A DNA stretch of 64,000 nt, from NCBI GenBank assembly GCA_963709485.1, contig CAVPWE010000005.1, positions 207,608-271,607 on the forward strand. The letters are read 5' to 3'. This DNA comes from an uncultured delta proteobacterium (GTDB taxonomy: Bacteria; Desulfobacterota; Syntrophia; Syntrophales; Fen-1087). Shown here piece by piece: positions 48,212-57,570 of the stretch (position 1 is its first letter; each line of letters begins with the position of its first letter). The position numbers and the translations under genes are program-made. A model generated the notes under the pieces. That model was given only the letters and a program-made list of their open reading frames with translations. It had not been told where the DNA came from and did no database searches.

Positions 48212-48769
48212 ATGCGATACGTTCATGTCCAACTGCGGCTGGTTGCCTTCTTGACCATGATGATTTTTTGCGCCCTCCCGATCACCGCTTCCGCCGATTC
48301 CGCATGGAAGATCAGCAACGATGCGCAAAAGGCGCTGCAGGCGCTTTATGCCAAATCCGCCTCCGCGAAGGCCCTGGGGGAAAGGGCAATAGGCATTCTT
48401 GTTTTCCCGGTCATCACCAAGGGAGGCCTGGTGGTCGGCGGGCAGTACGGTGAAGGCGCCCTGATCAAGTCCGGAAAGGTCGCCGGATACTATAGTACGG
48501 TTTCGATTTCCTACGGGCGTCAGTACGGCATTCAGAAATACGGATACGCGATGTTCTTCATGTCGAATGCGGCATTGAACCATCTGGACAGAAGTGACGG
48601 CTGGGAGCTCGGTTCAGGCCCGACCGTGGTCGTCGGCGATGTCGGGGCTTCCGGCGGCATTTCGACGACCACCGCGAAATCGGACGTCTATGCCTTCTAT
48701 TTCGGTCAAAAGGGCGTGATGGCCGGTCTCGGCCTTCAGGGAACCAAGATCACGAAAATCTACAAGTGA
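48212..48769 (+). CDS. SYLF (Ysc84/DUF500) domain lipid-binding protein, secreted
   Basis: Has a signal peptide. Contains ILVFPVITKGGLVVGGQYGEGAL and G.Q.G....Y.MFFMS..AL, typical of SYLF domains. Confidence 0.75.
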   Translation: MRYVHVQLRLVAFLTMMIFCALPITASADSAWKISNDAQKALQALYAKSASAKALGERAIGILVFPVITKGGLVVGGQYGEGALIKSGKVAGYYSTVSISYGRQYGIQKYGYAMFFMSNAALNHLDRSDGWELGSGPTVVVGDVGASGGISTTTAKSDVYAFYFGQKGVMAGLGLQGTKITKIYK

Positions 48770-48892
48770 CAGGAAAGGGAGCCATAATCTTCCTGCAAAC
48801 AGGCACCATCGAATGAACCGGAATTCACGCATCGAGAAGGAACGGGTACGATACGTCTTCCTTCTCAATCCCTTCACAGGAGGTCAGGAAAG

Positions 48893-51088
48893 ATGAAAAC
48901 CGTCAGATGCATTGTCGCTTCTCTGGTACTGGTTCTGGTTTCGGTGGCAGCAAGCCTCGCTCAGGATCAGGGATGGCCCCGTCTGCGCACGGAAAACGGG
49001 AACACGCTGATCATCTACCAGCCCCAGGTGGATGACTGGAAGAACTTCACGGAACTCAACTGCAGAATGGCGATCTCGCTCACGCCCAAAGGAGGGAAGC
49101 CGGTCGTGGGCGTGCTGGTCATGACAGGAGACACCCAGGTTGACAACGACCGGAAAATGGTGTGGATCAGCAACATCAGGATCGCGAAGACCCACTTCCC
49201 TTCCCTGGATCCCGGGACGGCCGAAAAGATGGACCGGCTGACGAGAAAGTTCCTGCCGCAGACCATCGAAATCTCCCTTCCGCGGCTGGCGGCGCTGGTT
49301 CCCAAGAAGGGATCCGTCCCCGGTGTGCAGTTGAAGAGTGACCCGCCTGCCGTCTTCGTCAGCTACAAGCCGGCCATCCTCCTGGATCTGGATGGCCAGC
49401 CGGTCCGTGCCCCGGTCCAGAATGCCAGGTTGGAGTATGTCGTCAACACGCACTGGCCGCTGTTTTTCGACACGCAAGGTTCCATGTTCTATCTGCTCGC
49501 CGGCGAGCAATGGCTTGCGTCGGAGGCGCTGAAGGGTCCATGGTCGGCTGTGAAGAAGCTTCCGCAAGACATGGAAAAGGCGGTCAAGGAACCGCAGTGG
49601 GCGGACCTGAAGAAATTCATACCGCCGCGCGCAAAATCCGCCGCCGTCGTGCCCACGGTCTTTTACAGCACCACTCCCGCCGAGATCATTCTCTTCAACG
49701 GGAAGCCTGAATACGCGCAAATCCCGGGGACCCGGCTCAGGTACGCCACGAACACGACAAGTTATCTTTTTCTTTACACCCCCACAAACCACTATTACTA
49801 TCTGACGGCCGGCCGCTGGTTCAGTGCCGACAGCCTGGGTGGCCCATGGACCTTTGCGACCCCCAGCCTGCCGGCCGACTTTGCCCGCATCCCCCCGTCG
49901 AGCCCCGCCGGCCAGGTGCTTGCCTCCGTCCCGGGGACCGAAGAGGCGAAAGATGCCGTACTGCTGGCGCAAATTCCAACCACGGTGATTGTCGATCCGG
50001 CAGCCGCGGCTGCAGACGTCAAAGTGTCATATGTCGGGGACCCCCAGTTTGTCCTCATCGAAGGGACAACACTCTACTACGCCACAAACACCTCTCAAAA
50101 GGTGATCCGGGCGGGGGACCTCTACTACCTTTGCCTGCAGGGCATCTGGTTTGTTTCCACGGGCCCGCAGGGGCCCTGGCAGACGGCCAAATCCGTCCCC
50201 CAGGCGATTTACACCATTCCGCCCAGTTCGCCGGTTTACAACGTCACCTACGTGACCCAGGTCACGACCGCTGACGGCGCCGTAGAGGCCAGCTACACCG
50301 CAGGGTACACGGGCGCCTTTGTCATGGGCGTCGGAACTGGAGTCATCATCGCCAGCGGCACGGGGTACTACTATCCGCCCTATGTCGCCTACTACCCCGG
50401 CTATATGTACCCCGTTTACTACCCGCCCCCCTACACCTATGGCTACATGGCGCATTACCATTCGCCCACGGGCGCTTACGGCGTCTCCCAGACGGCCTAC
50501 GGGCCGTACGGATCGGCCACGAGGACCGCTTCGTACAATCCCTACACGGGGACCTATGCGCGGACCGCCTCGGTTTCCACGCCCTACGGCAGCGCAGCAG
50601 CCGGGCGGGCGTACAACCCCTATACCGGGGCGTCTGCCGCCACCCGTCAGGGATCCAACGCCTACGCCTCGTGGGGCAGTTCCGTGGTCTCGAAGGGAGG
50701 CAGGAGCGCCGCCACACAGCACTATTCCACAGCCCGGGGAACCGTGGGTTCGGTGCAGACCTCCTCCGGCGGGAAGGCCGTCGGCGCTTCGACCCAGCGC
50801 GGCACGACCACCGCGGCTAAGACGGGGAGCGGCAACATGTATGCCACCCACGACGGCAATGTCTACAAGAATACGGGGTCGGGCTGGCAGAAATACGACA
50901 ACGGAAACTGGAACAGCACGCAAGCGCAGGGGCTGCAGCGAGAAGCACAGAACCGGCAGCGGGGTGAGCAGTCGAGCCAGCGCACCCAGCAATACCAGCG
51001 GTCCGGCGGCGGAAGTTCAAGCAGCATGGCCGGATCCGGTGGCGGAGCCCGAAGCCGGGGAGGGGGCGGCGGCCGCGGGAGGCGTTAG
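48893..51088 (+). CDS. Large secreted protein of unknown function with a Tyr/Gly/Pro-rich low-complexity C-terminal half and an Arg/Gly tail
   Basis: 731 aa with the signal peptide MKTVRCIVASLVLVLVSVAASLA. The N-terminal 420 aa look globular. The C-terminal half has repeated YNPYTG(T/A) and PYG motifs and ends GGGARSRGGGGGRGRR. Confidence 0.75.
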   Translation: MKTVRCIVASLVLVLVSVAASLAQDQGWPRLRTENGNTLIIYQPQVDDWKNFTELNCRMAISLTPKGGKPVVGVLVMTGDTQVDNDRKMVWISNIRIAKTHFPSLDPGTAEKMDRLTRKFLPQTIEISLPRLAALVPKKGSVPGVQLKSDPPAVFVSYKPAILLDLDGQPVRAPVQNARLEYVVNTHWPLFFDTQGSMFYLLAGEQWLASEALKGPWSAVKKLPQDMEKAVKEPQWADLKKFIPPRAKSAAVVPTVFYSTTPAEIILFNGKPEYAQIPGTRLRYATNTTSYLFLYTPTNHYYYLTAGRWFSADSLGGPWTFATPSLPADFARIPPSSPAGQVLASVPGTEEAKDAVLLAQIPTTVIVDPAAAAADVKVSYVGDPQFVLIEGTTLYYATNTSQKVIRAGDLYYLCLQGIWFVSTGPQGPWQTAKSVPQAIYTIPPSSPVYNVTYVTQVTTADGAVEASYTAGYTGAFVMGVGTGVIIASGTGYYYPPYVAYYPGYMYPVYYPPPYTYGYMAHYHSPTGAYGVSQTAYGPYGSATRTASYNPYTGTYARTASVSTPYGSAAAGRAYNPYTGASAATRQGSNAYASWGSSVVSKGGRSAATQHYSTARGTVGSVQTSSGGKAVGASTQRGTTTAAKTGSGNMYATHDGNVYKNTGSGWQKYDNGNWNSTQAQGLQREAQNRQRGEQSSQRTQQYQRSGGGSSSSMAGSGGGARSRGGGGGRGRR

Positions 51089-51100
51089 GGAAGGTTCTGA

Positions 51101-51775
51101 ATGTCCTCTCCGATCGAAAATATTGTCGCGTGCCCCGACTGCGACCTTTTGCAGCGCATCCCCGAAGTCCCGCCGGGCGGCAGGACGCGCTGCCTCCGCT
51201 GCGGCCGCACGATCGCCGTCAGCAAACCCGCTTCACTGGACCGGACACTGGCCCTCGCGATTGCCGCGGCGGTTGTCCTTGTCATTGCCAACACAGAGCC
51301 TCTCATGGGGCTTTCCGCCGCAGGGCGCCAGTCGAGCACGACCATTCTCGGCGGCGTGCTGGAAATGTGGAGGCAGGGTCATGCGCTCACAGCCATCCTT
51401 GTGGCGTTCTGCGTGATCATCGCACCAGCGGCTTATATCGCCTGCATCCTGGCGGTCCTTCTTGCCGTGAGGCGCCCGCCGGCGCCCTCGTGGACCGGCA
51501 TGCTGATGCGGATGCTGGCGTTCAACCAGCCCTGGGCCATGGTCGAGGTGATGCTGCTCGGCATCCTGGTTGCCCTGGTTAAGATCGCCGACCTGGCGAC
51601 GGTGATTCCCGGCATCGGGATGTTTGCCGCCGGCGCGCTCATCGCGCTCATTGCCGCCATGACGGTCAGCTTCGACCCGCATGAGGCGTGGATGCGCATC
51701 CGGTGGGCCGAAGAGGCAAATCCGCCGCCGGCCGCCGTGCCGAATGCACTTGATCCGGGGAGGACGGGACCGTGA
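51101..51775 (+). CDS. pqiA: Paraquat-inducible protein A family, first half-gene
   Basis: Contains the zinc-ribbon-like CPDCDLL...CLRCG followed by 4 TM segments. The protein is 224 aa. Confidence 0.85.
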   Translation: MSSPIENIVACPDCDLLQRIPEVPPGGRTRCLRCGRTIAVSKPASLDRTLALAIAAAVVLVIANTEPLMGLSAAGRQSSTTILGGVLEMWRQGHALTAILVAFCVIIAPAAYIACILAVLLAVRRPPAPSWTGMLMRMLAFNQPWAMVEVMLLGILVALVKIADLATVIPGIGMFAAGALIALIAAMTVSFDPHEAWMRIRWAEEANPPPAAVPNALDPGRTGP

Positions 51776-52409
51776 GCGCCGGCGCCCCGACAGGCATCCG
51801 GCTGGGGCTGGTATCCTGTGAGACCTGCGGTCTCCTGACGCGGCCGGCGGATATCCGTGAGCCGGGGTGCTGCCCGCGCTGCGGCGAGGCGCTTGCGCTG
51901 CGCCGGCACAATGCGATCCAGCGCACCTGGGCCCTCATCGTCGCCGCCGCGGTTTGCTACATCCCGGCGAACCTGATGCCCGTGATGATCACGAAAACGG
52001 TGACGACCGTCGAGGTGGACACGATCATCAGCGGCGCCGTCCTGCTCTACATGACCGGATCGTGGCATCTGGCGCTGATCGTGCTGATCGCGAGCGTCAT
52101 GATCCCCCTGGCCAAACTCGCCGCCCTGGCCTATCTGCTGATCGCAGTTCAGCGCCGTTCGGGCGGGGACCGGCACGGACGGGCCCGGCTCTACCGGCTG
52201 GTCACGTTCGTGGGACGATGGTCGATGCTCGACATCTTCGTCATCACCTTCACCGTCGCCCTCATCCAACTCCAGCCGCTCATGTCGATTCAGCCGGGGG
52301 CCGGCGTGCTTTTTTCGGGGCGGTCGTCGTGCTGACCATGATCGCGGCGGAGACATTCGACCCCCGCCTGATCTGGGATTCCAGCAACAAGGAGGAAAAC
52401 AATGACTGA
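51772..52409 (+). CDS. pqiA: Paraquat-inducible protein A family, second half-gene; frame broken in the T6 run at 52320-52325
   Basis: Contains CETCGLL...CPRCG plus TM segments. The C-terminus FFGAVVVLTMIAAETFDPRLIWD continues in the -1 frame after the T-run. Confidence 0.8.
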
Positions 52410-54027
52410 CCATGGCGATCTCGACAACATTCCGCAGGCCGTTGCCGTGCCCAGGAAACGAATGCCCTTCTCGGTGGTCTGGATCATTCCCGTCCTGGCG
52501 GCCCTGGTGGCCCTCGGGATCTGGGTCCAGCGGATCATGAGCGAAGGGCCGACGATCACCATCGTCTTCAAGGAGGCCACGGGCATCGAGGCCGGGAAAA
52601 CCCATATCAAATACAAGGACGTCAGTATCGGTCTGGTGAAGACGATGAAACTGTCAAATGACTTCACAAAAGTTGTGCTGACGGCGAAGATCGACAAAAG
52701 CGCAGTGGGCCTGCTTGTCGACGATGCGAGATTCTGGATCGAACAGCCGCGCGCCACCCTGAGCGGGATATCCGGCATCGGCACACTGCTGTCCGGAAAC
52801 TACATCGGGCTGGAACCCGGAAAGTCCAAAAAGGCAAGGCGCGAGTTCACCGGCCTCGAGGCGCCGCCGGCGATCACCTTTGATCAGCCCGGCAGGCGGT
52901 TTGTGCTGCAGACCGCCACCCTCGGGTCGATCGGGAGCGGCGCCCCCCTGTATTACCGGCAGTTGAACGTGGGACAGGTGATCGGATACGACCTTGCGGA
53001 AGACGGCGGGTCCGTCAAAATCGAAGTTTTCGTGCGTGCGCCTTACGACCAATACGTCACCGAGGAGACGCGTTTCTGGCAGGCGAGCGGCGTTGACGTG
53101 TCCCTGGGGGCAGAAGGTCTGTCCGTTCGCACCCAGTCGGTCCTGTCGATGCTGATCGGCGGGATCGCCTTTGAAACGCCCCCTTCGTCCGGCGATGTGA
53201 AACCGGCTGGCGAGAAAACGGTTTTTTCGCTCTACAGCGACAGGAAGACGGCAATGGCCCCGCACGAGACGATTGTTACACCTTACGTTCTCTACCCCAA
53301 CGAGCCGCTGCGCGGACTGGTTGTCGGCGCACCCGTCACCTACCTTGGGCTGCCGGTGGGCGAGGTGACCGCCGTGGGTCTCGAATACAAGCGGGAGACG
53401 GAAGATGTTCGGCCCCGCGTGGACTTTGTAATCTACCTGCGCCGTTTCCTGACGCACATGAAAGACACGTCTTCCGCCGATCAGAAGGCCTCCAGCGAAA
53501 AGGAGCGTCGCGCCTTCATTCAGAATATGGTCAACCGGGGGCTCAGAGCGCAGCTGCGCAGCGGAAGCCTCGTGACGGGACAGCTCTACGTGGCCCTGGA
53601 TATGTACCCGAATGCTCCCAGGGTGAAGATCGACTGGACGAAGACGCCGCAGGAGCTGCCGGTGGTGCCGAGCGGCCTGCAGGATCTTCAGAACAAGGTA
53701 AACAGCATTCTGGCCAAGATCGAGAAAATGCCCCTGGACGGCATCAGCGCGGATTTAAGGAAGCTGCTTGCAACGATCGACAGCCTGCTGAAGCGTGTCG
53801 ACGGGGAAATCGTGCCGGATGTGAAGAAGACGCTGGAAGACCTTCAGCGCACCCTGAAGAGCACCGATGCCACCCTGGTCGGCAAGGACGCGCCGGCGCC
53901 GCAGGAACTGCGGGAGGCCCTGCAGGAGGTTCGCCGGGCGGCGCAGGCCGTCAGCGGCCTCATCGATTATCTCGAGCGAAACCCCGATGCCCTCATCCGG
54001 GGGAAAACACAGGAGAAATCAAAATGA
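52402..54027 (+). CDS. pqiB: PqiB-like multi-MCE-domain protein
   Basis: 541 aa with an N-terminal TM segment and repeated MCE domains (e.g. IKYKDVSIGLVKTM, YYRQLNVGQV, VTYLGLPVGEV). The C-terminus is helical. Confidence 0.9.
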   Translation: MTDHGDLDNIPQAVAVPRKRMPFSVVWIIPVLAALVALGIWVQRIMSEGPTITIVFKEATGIEAGKTHIKYKDVSIGLVKTMKLSNDFTKVVLTAKIDKSAVGLLVDDARFWIEQPRATLSGISGIGTLLSGNYIGLEPGKSKKARREFTGLEAPPAITFDQPGRRFVLQTATLGSIGSGAPLYYRQLNVGQVIGYDLAEDGGSVKIEVFVRAPYDQYVTEETRFWQASGVDVSLGAEGLSVRTQSVLSMLIGGIAFETPPSSGDVKPAGEKTVFSLYSDRKTAMAPHETIVTPYVLYPNEPLRGLVVGAPVTYLGLPVGEVTAVGLEYKRETEDVRPRVDFVIYLRRFLTHMKDTSSADQKASSEKERRAFIQNMVNRGLRAQLRSGSLVTGQLYVALDMYPNAPRVKIDWTKTPQELPVVPSGLQDLQNKVNSILAKIEKMPLDGISADLRKLLATIDSLLKRVDGEIVPDVKKTLEDLQRTLKSTDATLVGKDAPAPQELREALQEVRRAAQAVSGLIDYLERNPDALIRGKTQEKSK

Positions 54028-54614
54028 ACAGACTTGCCGCCATCATGATTGCATGCGCCGTCGCCGCCCTGATCTCAGGGTGCGCTTCTTCGCCGTCGCG
54101 CTTTTACACGCTGAGCACCACGGCCGCGCCGGCGGCAGCGCCGGCGGCGGGCTGTGCCGTGTCGGTGGGCCCCGTCTCGGTGCCGGCCGCCGTTGACCGG
54201 CTGCAGATCGTCGTACGGACGGGCCCGAATCAGGTTTTCATCAGCGAGTTCGACCGCTGGGCCTCGCCGCTGAAAACCGACATCTCCCGGGTTGTCGCCG
54301 AGAACCTCGTCTCGATGCTCGGCACGACACAGGTGACGGTGTTCCCGGCATCGTCGGCGGCGGACGCATCCTACCGCGTCATGATCGACGTGCTGCGTTT
54401 CGAATCCGAACCGGACCGGGCGGCAACCCTGGATGCCCTGTGGACGATCAGCGCCGTGAAGAGCGGGCAGGCACGAAGAAGCCGCACGACGCGCACAGAG
54501 TCCACGCAAAACACCGGCTATGCCGCCCTTGTCGCGGCGCACAGCCGTGCGCTCGGGCAACTCAGCGTGGAAATTGCCGCGGCGATCCGTGAGATGGAAG
54601 CCAGAAACCGCTGA
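54024..54614 (+). CDS. pqiC: PqiC-like (YmbA/DUF330) transport-auxiliary lipoprotein
   Basis: The lipobox is in MNRLAAIMIACAVAALISGC, followed by FYTL. There is an ATGA overlap with pqiB. Confidence 0.85.
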   Translation: MNRLAAIMIACAVAALISGCASSPSRFYTLSTTAAPAAAPAAGCAVSVGPVSVPAAVDRLQIVVRTGPNQVFISEFDRWASPLKTDISRVVAENLVSMLGTTQVTVFPASSAADASYRVMIDVLRFESEPDRAATLDALWTISAVKSGQARRSRTTRTESTQNTGYAALVAAHSRALGQLSVEIAAAIREMEARNR

Positions 54615-54654
54615 GAAGAAAAGCCAATGTGGCCCTGACGACGGTTTGTCTCTC

Positions 54655-55290
54655 CTATCTGCAAGAGCCGGTCGACCCCTCTCTGCAAATTTTGCCGTCG
54701 ACCCAGACTGCCTCGTCCATCATTGCGCCGGTCAGAATCGCACCGGTCAGGTCCGCGTCGATCAGACGCGCGTCGGTCAACCGCGCGCCCGTCAGGTTGG
54801 CGCCCTTCAGATTGGCGCCGCGCAGATTCGTCCGGATCAGGCGCGCGCCGGTCAGGTTCGCACCGGTCAGGTTCACCCCGGTCAGGTTCGCCCCAGTCAG
54901 GTTCACACGGGTCAGGTCCGCTTTCGTCATATCCGCGCCGGACAGATTTGACTCCGACACGTTGGCCCCCGTCAGATTCGCGCCGCTCAGGCTCGCTTCA
55001 CCCATTGCCGTGTGCGAAAGATTTGCCCCGCGCATGTCCGCGCCGGACAGGTGGGCGCCGTTCAGTGCCGTATAGTAAAGATTCGCACCCGTCATCTTCG
55101 CACCCTGCAGCTGCGCCCCATTGAGGGTTTCATTCGCGATGAAAGCGCCCGACAGATCGCAATTCGGGCATTTCTTGAAAATCTTGGTCCGCTGTACGTC
55201 GCCCGCCTCGAATGCCGGGCAGCCGGCGGCGGCAATCAAGCCTGCAGCGAGGCCGGCAAAAGAAATGAAAAGCGCTCTTTTCCAAGTCAT
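54655..55290 (-). CDS. Pentapeptide-repeat lipoprotein
   Basis: The N-terminus LIAAAGC is lipobox-like. About 28 consecutive A(N/D)L(S/T)G-type pentapeptides follow, for example ANLTGANLTGVNLTGANLTGARL. Confidence 0.9.
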   Translation of the reverse strand: MTWKRALFISFAGLAAGLIAAAGCPAFEAGDVQRTKIFKKCPNCDLSGAFIANETLNGAQLQGAKMTGANLYYTALNGAHLSGADMRGANLSHTAMGEASLSGANLTGANVSESNLSGADMTKADLTRVNLTGANLTGVNLTGANLTGARLIRTNLRGANLKGANLTGARLTDARLIDADLTGAILTGAMMDEAVWVDGKICREGSTGSCR

Positions 55291-55467
55291 GGAAGCACCT
55301 CCTTTTCATCCTAAAGATTCAATACAACAATTATTTGAAAAAAACACGGCGAATTCAAACCCAAAAAAAAGTGGATTATTTTTTACAGATTGATTAATAG
55401 ATCAAACCCTGAAGCGCGCCTTGCGAAGCTCGGCCGCAACGATACTCTGAAAAGAACAGGAGTTCTC

Positions 55468-56316
55468 ATGAATCAGAAAAATTCCGCAAACCGGTTCCGG
55501 GGGGGATCCCGTTATGTCCTGGACGACGAGCTGGCAAAAATCGTCAACGTTTCCATGGCCCTCGAAATGCCTCTGCTCCTGAAGGGGGAGCCGGGCACCG
55601 GCAAGACCATGCTGGCCTATGCCATTGCAGAGAGCCTGAAGATGCCCCTGATCGTCCTCAACGTGAAATCCAGCATGAAGCTGGTGGACGCCCTCTACCA
55701 GTACGACACCCTGACCCGTCTCAACGACAGCCGCTTCGGGGATTCCAGCCGCGACGTGAGCCGGATCGAGGAATACATCCGCATGGGCAAGATCGGCCAG
55801 GCCTTTGTCGCGGAGGAGCGGACCGTCCTGCTGATCGACGAGATCGACAAGGCGGACAGCGACTTCCAGGACGACATGCTCGACGTTCTCGATCAGATGC
55901 AGTTCGACATTATGGAGATTGACCGGACCGTCACGGCGAAAAACCGCCCGGTGATCGTGATCACCTCCAACGCGAAGAAGGACCTTTCCGACCCCTTCCT
56001 CGGCCGCTGCAATTTCCATCACATCGCCTTCCCGGACCCCGACATGATGCGGCTCATTCTGGGCGTGCATTTCCCGAACCTCAGCCAGGACCTGGCCAAC
56101 GGCTGCATCGAGGCCTTCTACGGCCTGCGGGAACTGCGGGGGATCGAAAAGAAGCCGGCCACCCGGGAACTGATCAACTGGGTCCGCGCCCTGAAGGCCG
56201 ATCCGGACTTCCAGGCAAAGTCCCTGAGCCGGGCAAACATTCCCTACCTGGGCATTCTGTTCAAGAAAAGCGGCGACCTGAACATGGCCGCCCAGCAGAT
56301 CGCCCGCACGCGTTGA
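55468..56316 (+). CDS. MoxR-family AAA+ ATPase
   Basis: Contains Walker A GEPGTGKT, Walker B LLIDEIDKA and arginine-finger/sensor regions. AGGAG lies upstream of the ATG at 55468. Confidence 0.85.
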   Translation: MNQKNSANRFRGGSRYVLDDELAKIVNVSMALEMPLLLKGEPGTGKTMLAYAIAESLKMPLIVLNVKSSMKLVDALYQYDTLTRLNDSRFGDSSRDVSRIEEYIRMGKIGQAFVAEERTVLLIDEIDKADSDFQDDMLDVLDQMQFDIMEIDRTVTAKNRPVIVITSNAKKDLSDPFLGRCNFHHIAFPDPDMMRLILGVHFPNLSQDLANGCIEAFYGLRELRGIEKKPATRELINWVRALKADPDFQAKSLSRANIPYLGILFKKSGDLNMAAQQIARTR

Positions 56317-56326
56317 GGCAGGAACC

Positions 56327-57520
56327 GTGTTCATCGAGTTTTTCTATACCCTGCGGGAGCGCGGCATTCCCGTCACTCCGACTTCCTTTCTCAGACTGCA
56401 GAAGGCCCTGAAGCTGGGCATGGTCCGCTCCATCGACGATTTCTACACGGCGGCCCGGGCCATTCTCGTCAAGAGCGAACGGTACTTCGACACCTACGAC
56501 CAGGTCTTCGCCCACTTTTTCAAGGGTGTCACGCTGCTGGAGCCGGAAGACTTCGAACTGACGGAGATTGCCAGGGCGATGCTGGAGGAATGGCTGAAGA
56601 ATCCCGCGGAAATGGCCCAGGCCCTCGGCCTGGACGAGAAGGAGCTCAAGTCCATGACGCCGGAGGAGCTGATCCGCTATTTCTTCGACCGCCTCAGGGA
56701 GCAGACCGAGGCCCATCACGGGGGGAACCGCTGGATCGGCACGGGGGGGACGTCCCCGGTGGGCCACTCCGGCCACCATCCCGGCGGGATGCGCGTGGGC
56801 GGGCGGTCGCGCAGCAAGTCGGCCATCAAGGTGGCCATGGAGCGACGGTACAGGGACTACTCCCAGGAGGGCCCCCTGACGGAGTTCCAGATGGGGGAGG
56901 CCCTGAAGCGACTGCGCCGGATGATCCCCACCGGCCCGCGGGACGTGGTCAACGTGGACAAGACGATCCGCGAGACGATGCGAAACGCCGGCGAAATCGA
57001 GATTGTCTTCGACCGCCGCCTGGCGGACCGGCTCAAGGTGATCCTGATGATCGACAACGGGGGCTGGTCGATGGACCCTTATATCGCAGTGGTGCAGACC
57101 CTCTTCAACTACGCCCGGTCCCAGTTCAAGGACCTGAAGCTCTACTACTTCCACAACACCATCTACAGCCGCATCTGGAAAGACCCGCAGCGGCGCCATC
57201 AGGCGGAGCCCATCGACGAATTCGTCCGCCGGGACCCGGAAACGCGGCTGATCCTGGTGGGGGACGCCAGCATGGCCCCCTACGAGCTCATGCATGTCAA
57301 CGGGTCGATCTATATCGAACAGCGGGAAAGCAACGCCAGCCTGGACCGTCTGAAATTCCTGTCCCGGACTTTCCGCCATGCCGTGTGGCTGAACCCCCAG
57401 ACCGAGGAGGAATGGGACCACACCTGGACGGTGGGCATCATCCGGCAGGTCTTCCCCATGTTCGAGCTGACCCTCGACGGGCTGGAGAAGGCCGTCCAGC
57501 ACCTGATGGCGAAGCACTGA
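56327..57520 (+). CDS. VWA-domain CoxE-like protein, the partner of the MoxR ATPase
   Basis: 397 aa. The N-terminus MFIEFFYTLRERGIPVTPTSFLRLQKAL is typical of the CoxE/VWA_CoxE family. The C-terminal VWA fold contains LMIDNGGWSM. Confidence 0.75.
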   Translation: MFIEFFYTLRERGIPVTPTSFLRLQKALKLGMVRSIDDFYTAARAILVKSERYFDTYDQVFAHFFKGVTLLEPEDFELTEIARAMLEEWLKNPAEMAQALGLDEKELKSMTPEELIRYFFDRLREQTEAHHGGNRWIGTGGTSPVGHSGHHPGGMRVGGRSRSKSAIKVAMERRYRDYSQEGPLTEFQMGEALKRLRRMIPTGPRDVVNVDKTIRETMRNAGEIEIVFDRRLADRLKVILMIDNGGWSMDPYIAVVQTLFNYARSQFKDLKLYYFHNTIYSRIWKDPQRRHQAEPIDEFVRRDPETRLILVGDASMAPYELMHVNGSIYIEQRESNASLDRLKFLSRTFRHAVWLNPQTEEEWDHTWTVGIIRQVFPMFELTLDGLEKAVQHLMAKH

Positions 57521-57570
57521 GGTGTGCGGGAATTGTGCCGGCCGTTCCGGATTTCGAACAACACCCGTCC

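Noticed and set aside
54720-55000. A 15-nt periodic tandem repeat (for example CCGGTCAGGTTCGCA repeated) that superficially looks like a repeat array.
   Set aside because: It is the coding sequence of consecutive A-N-L-T-G pentapeptides on the minus strand. It has no spacers and no CRISPR-like architecture.
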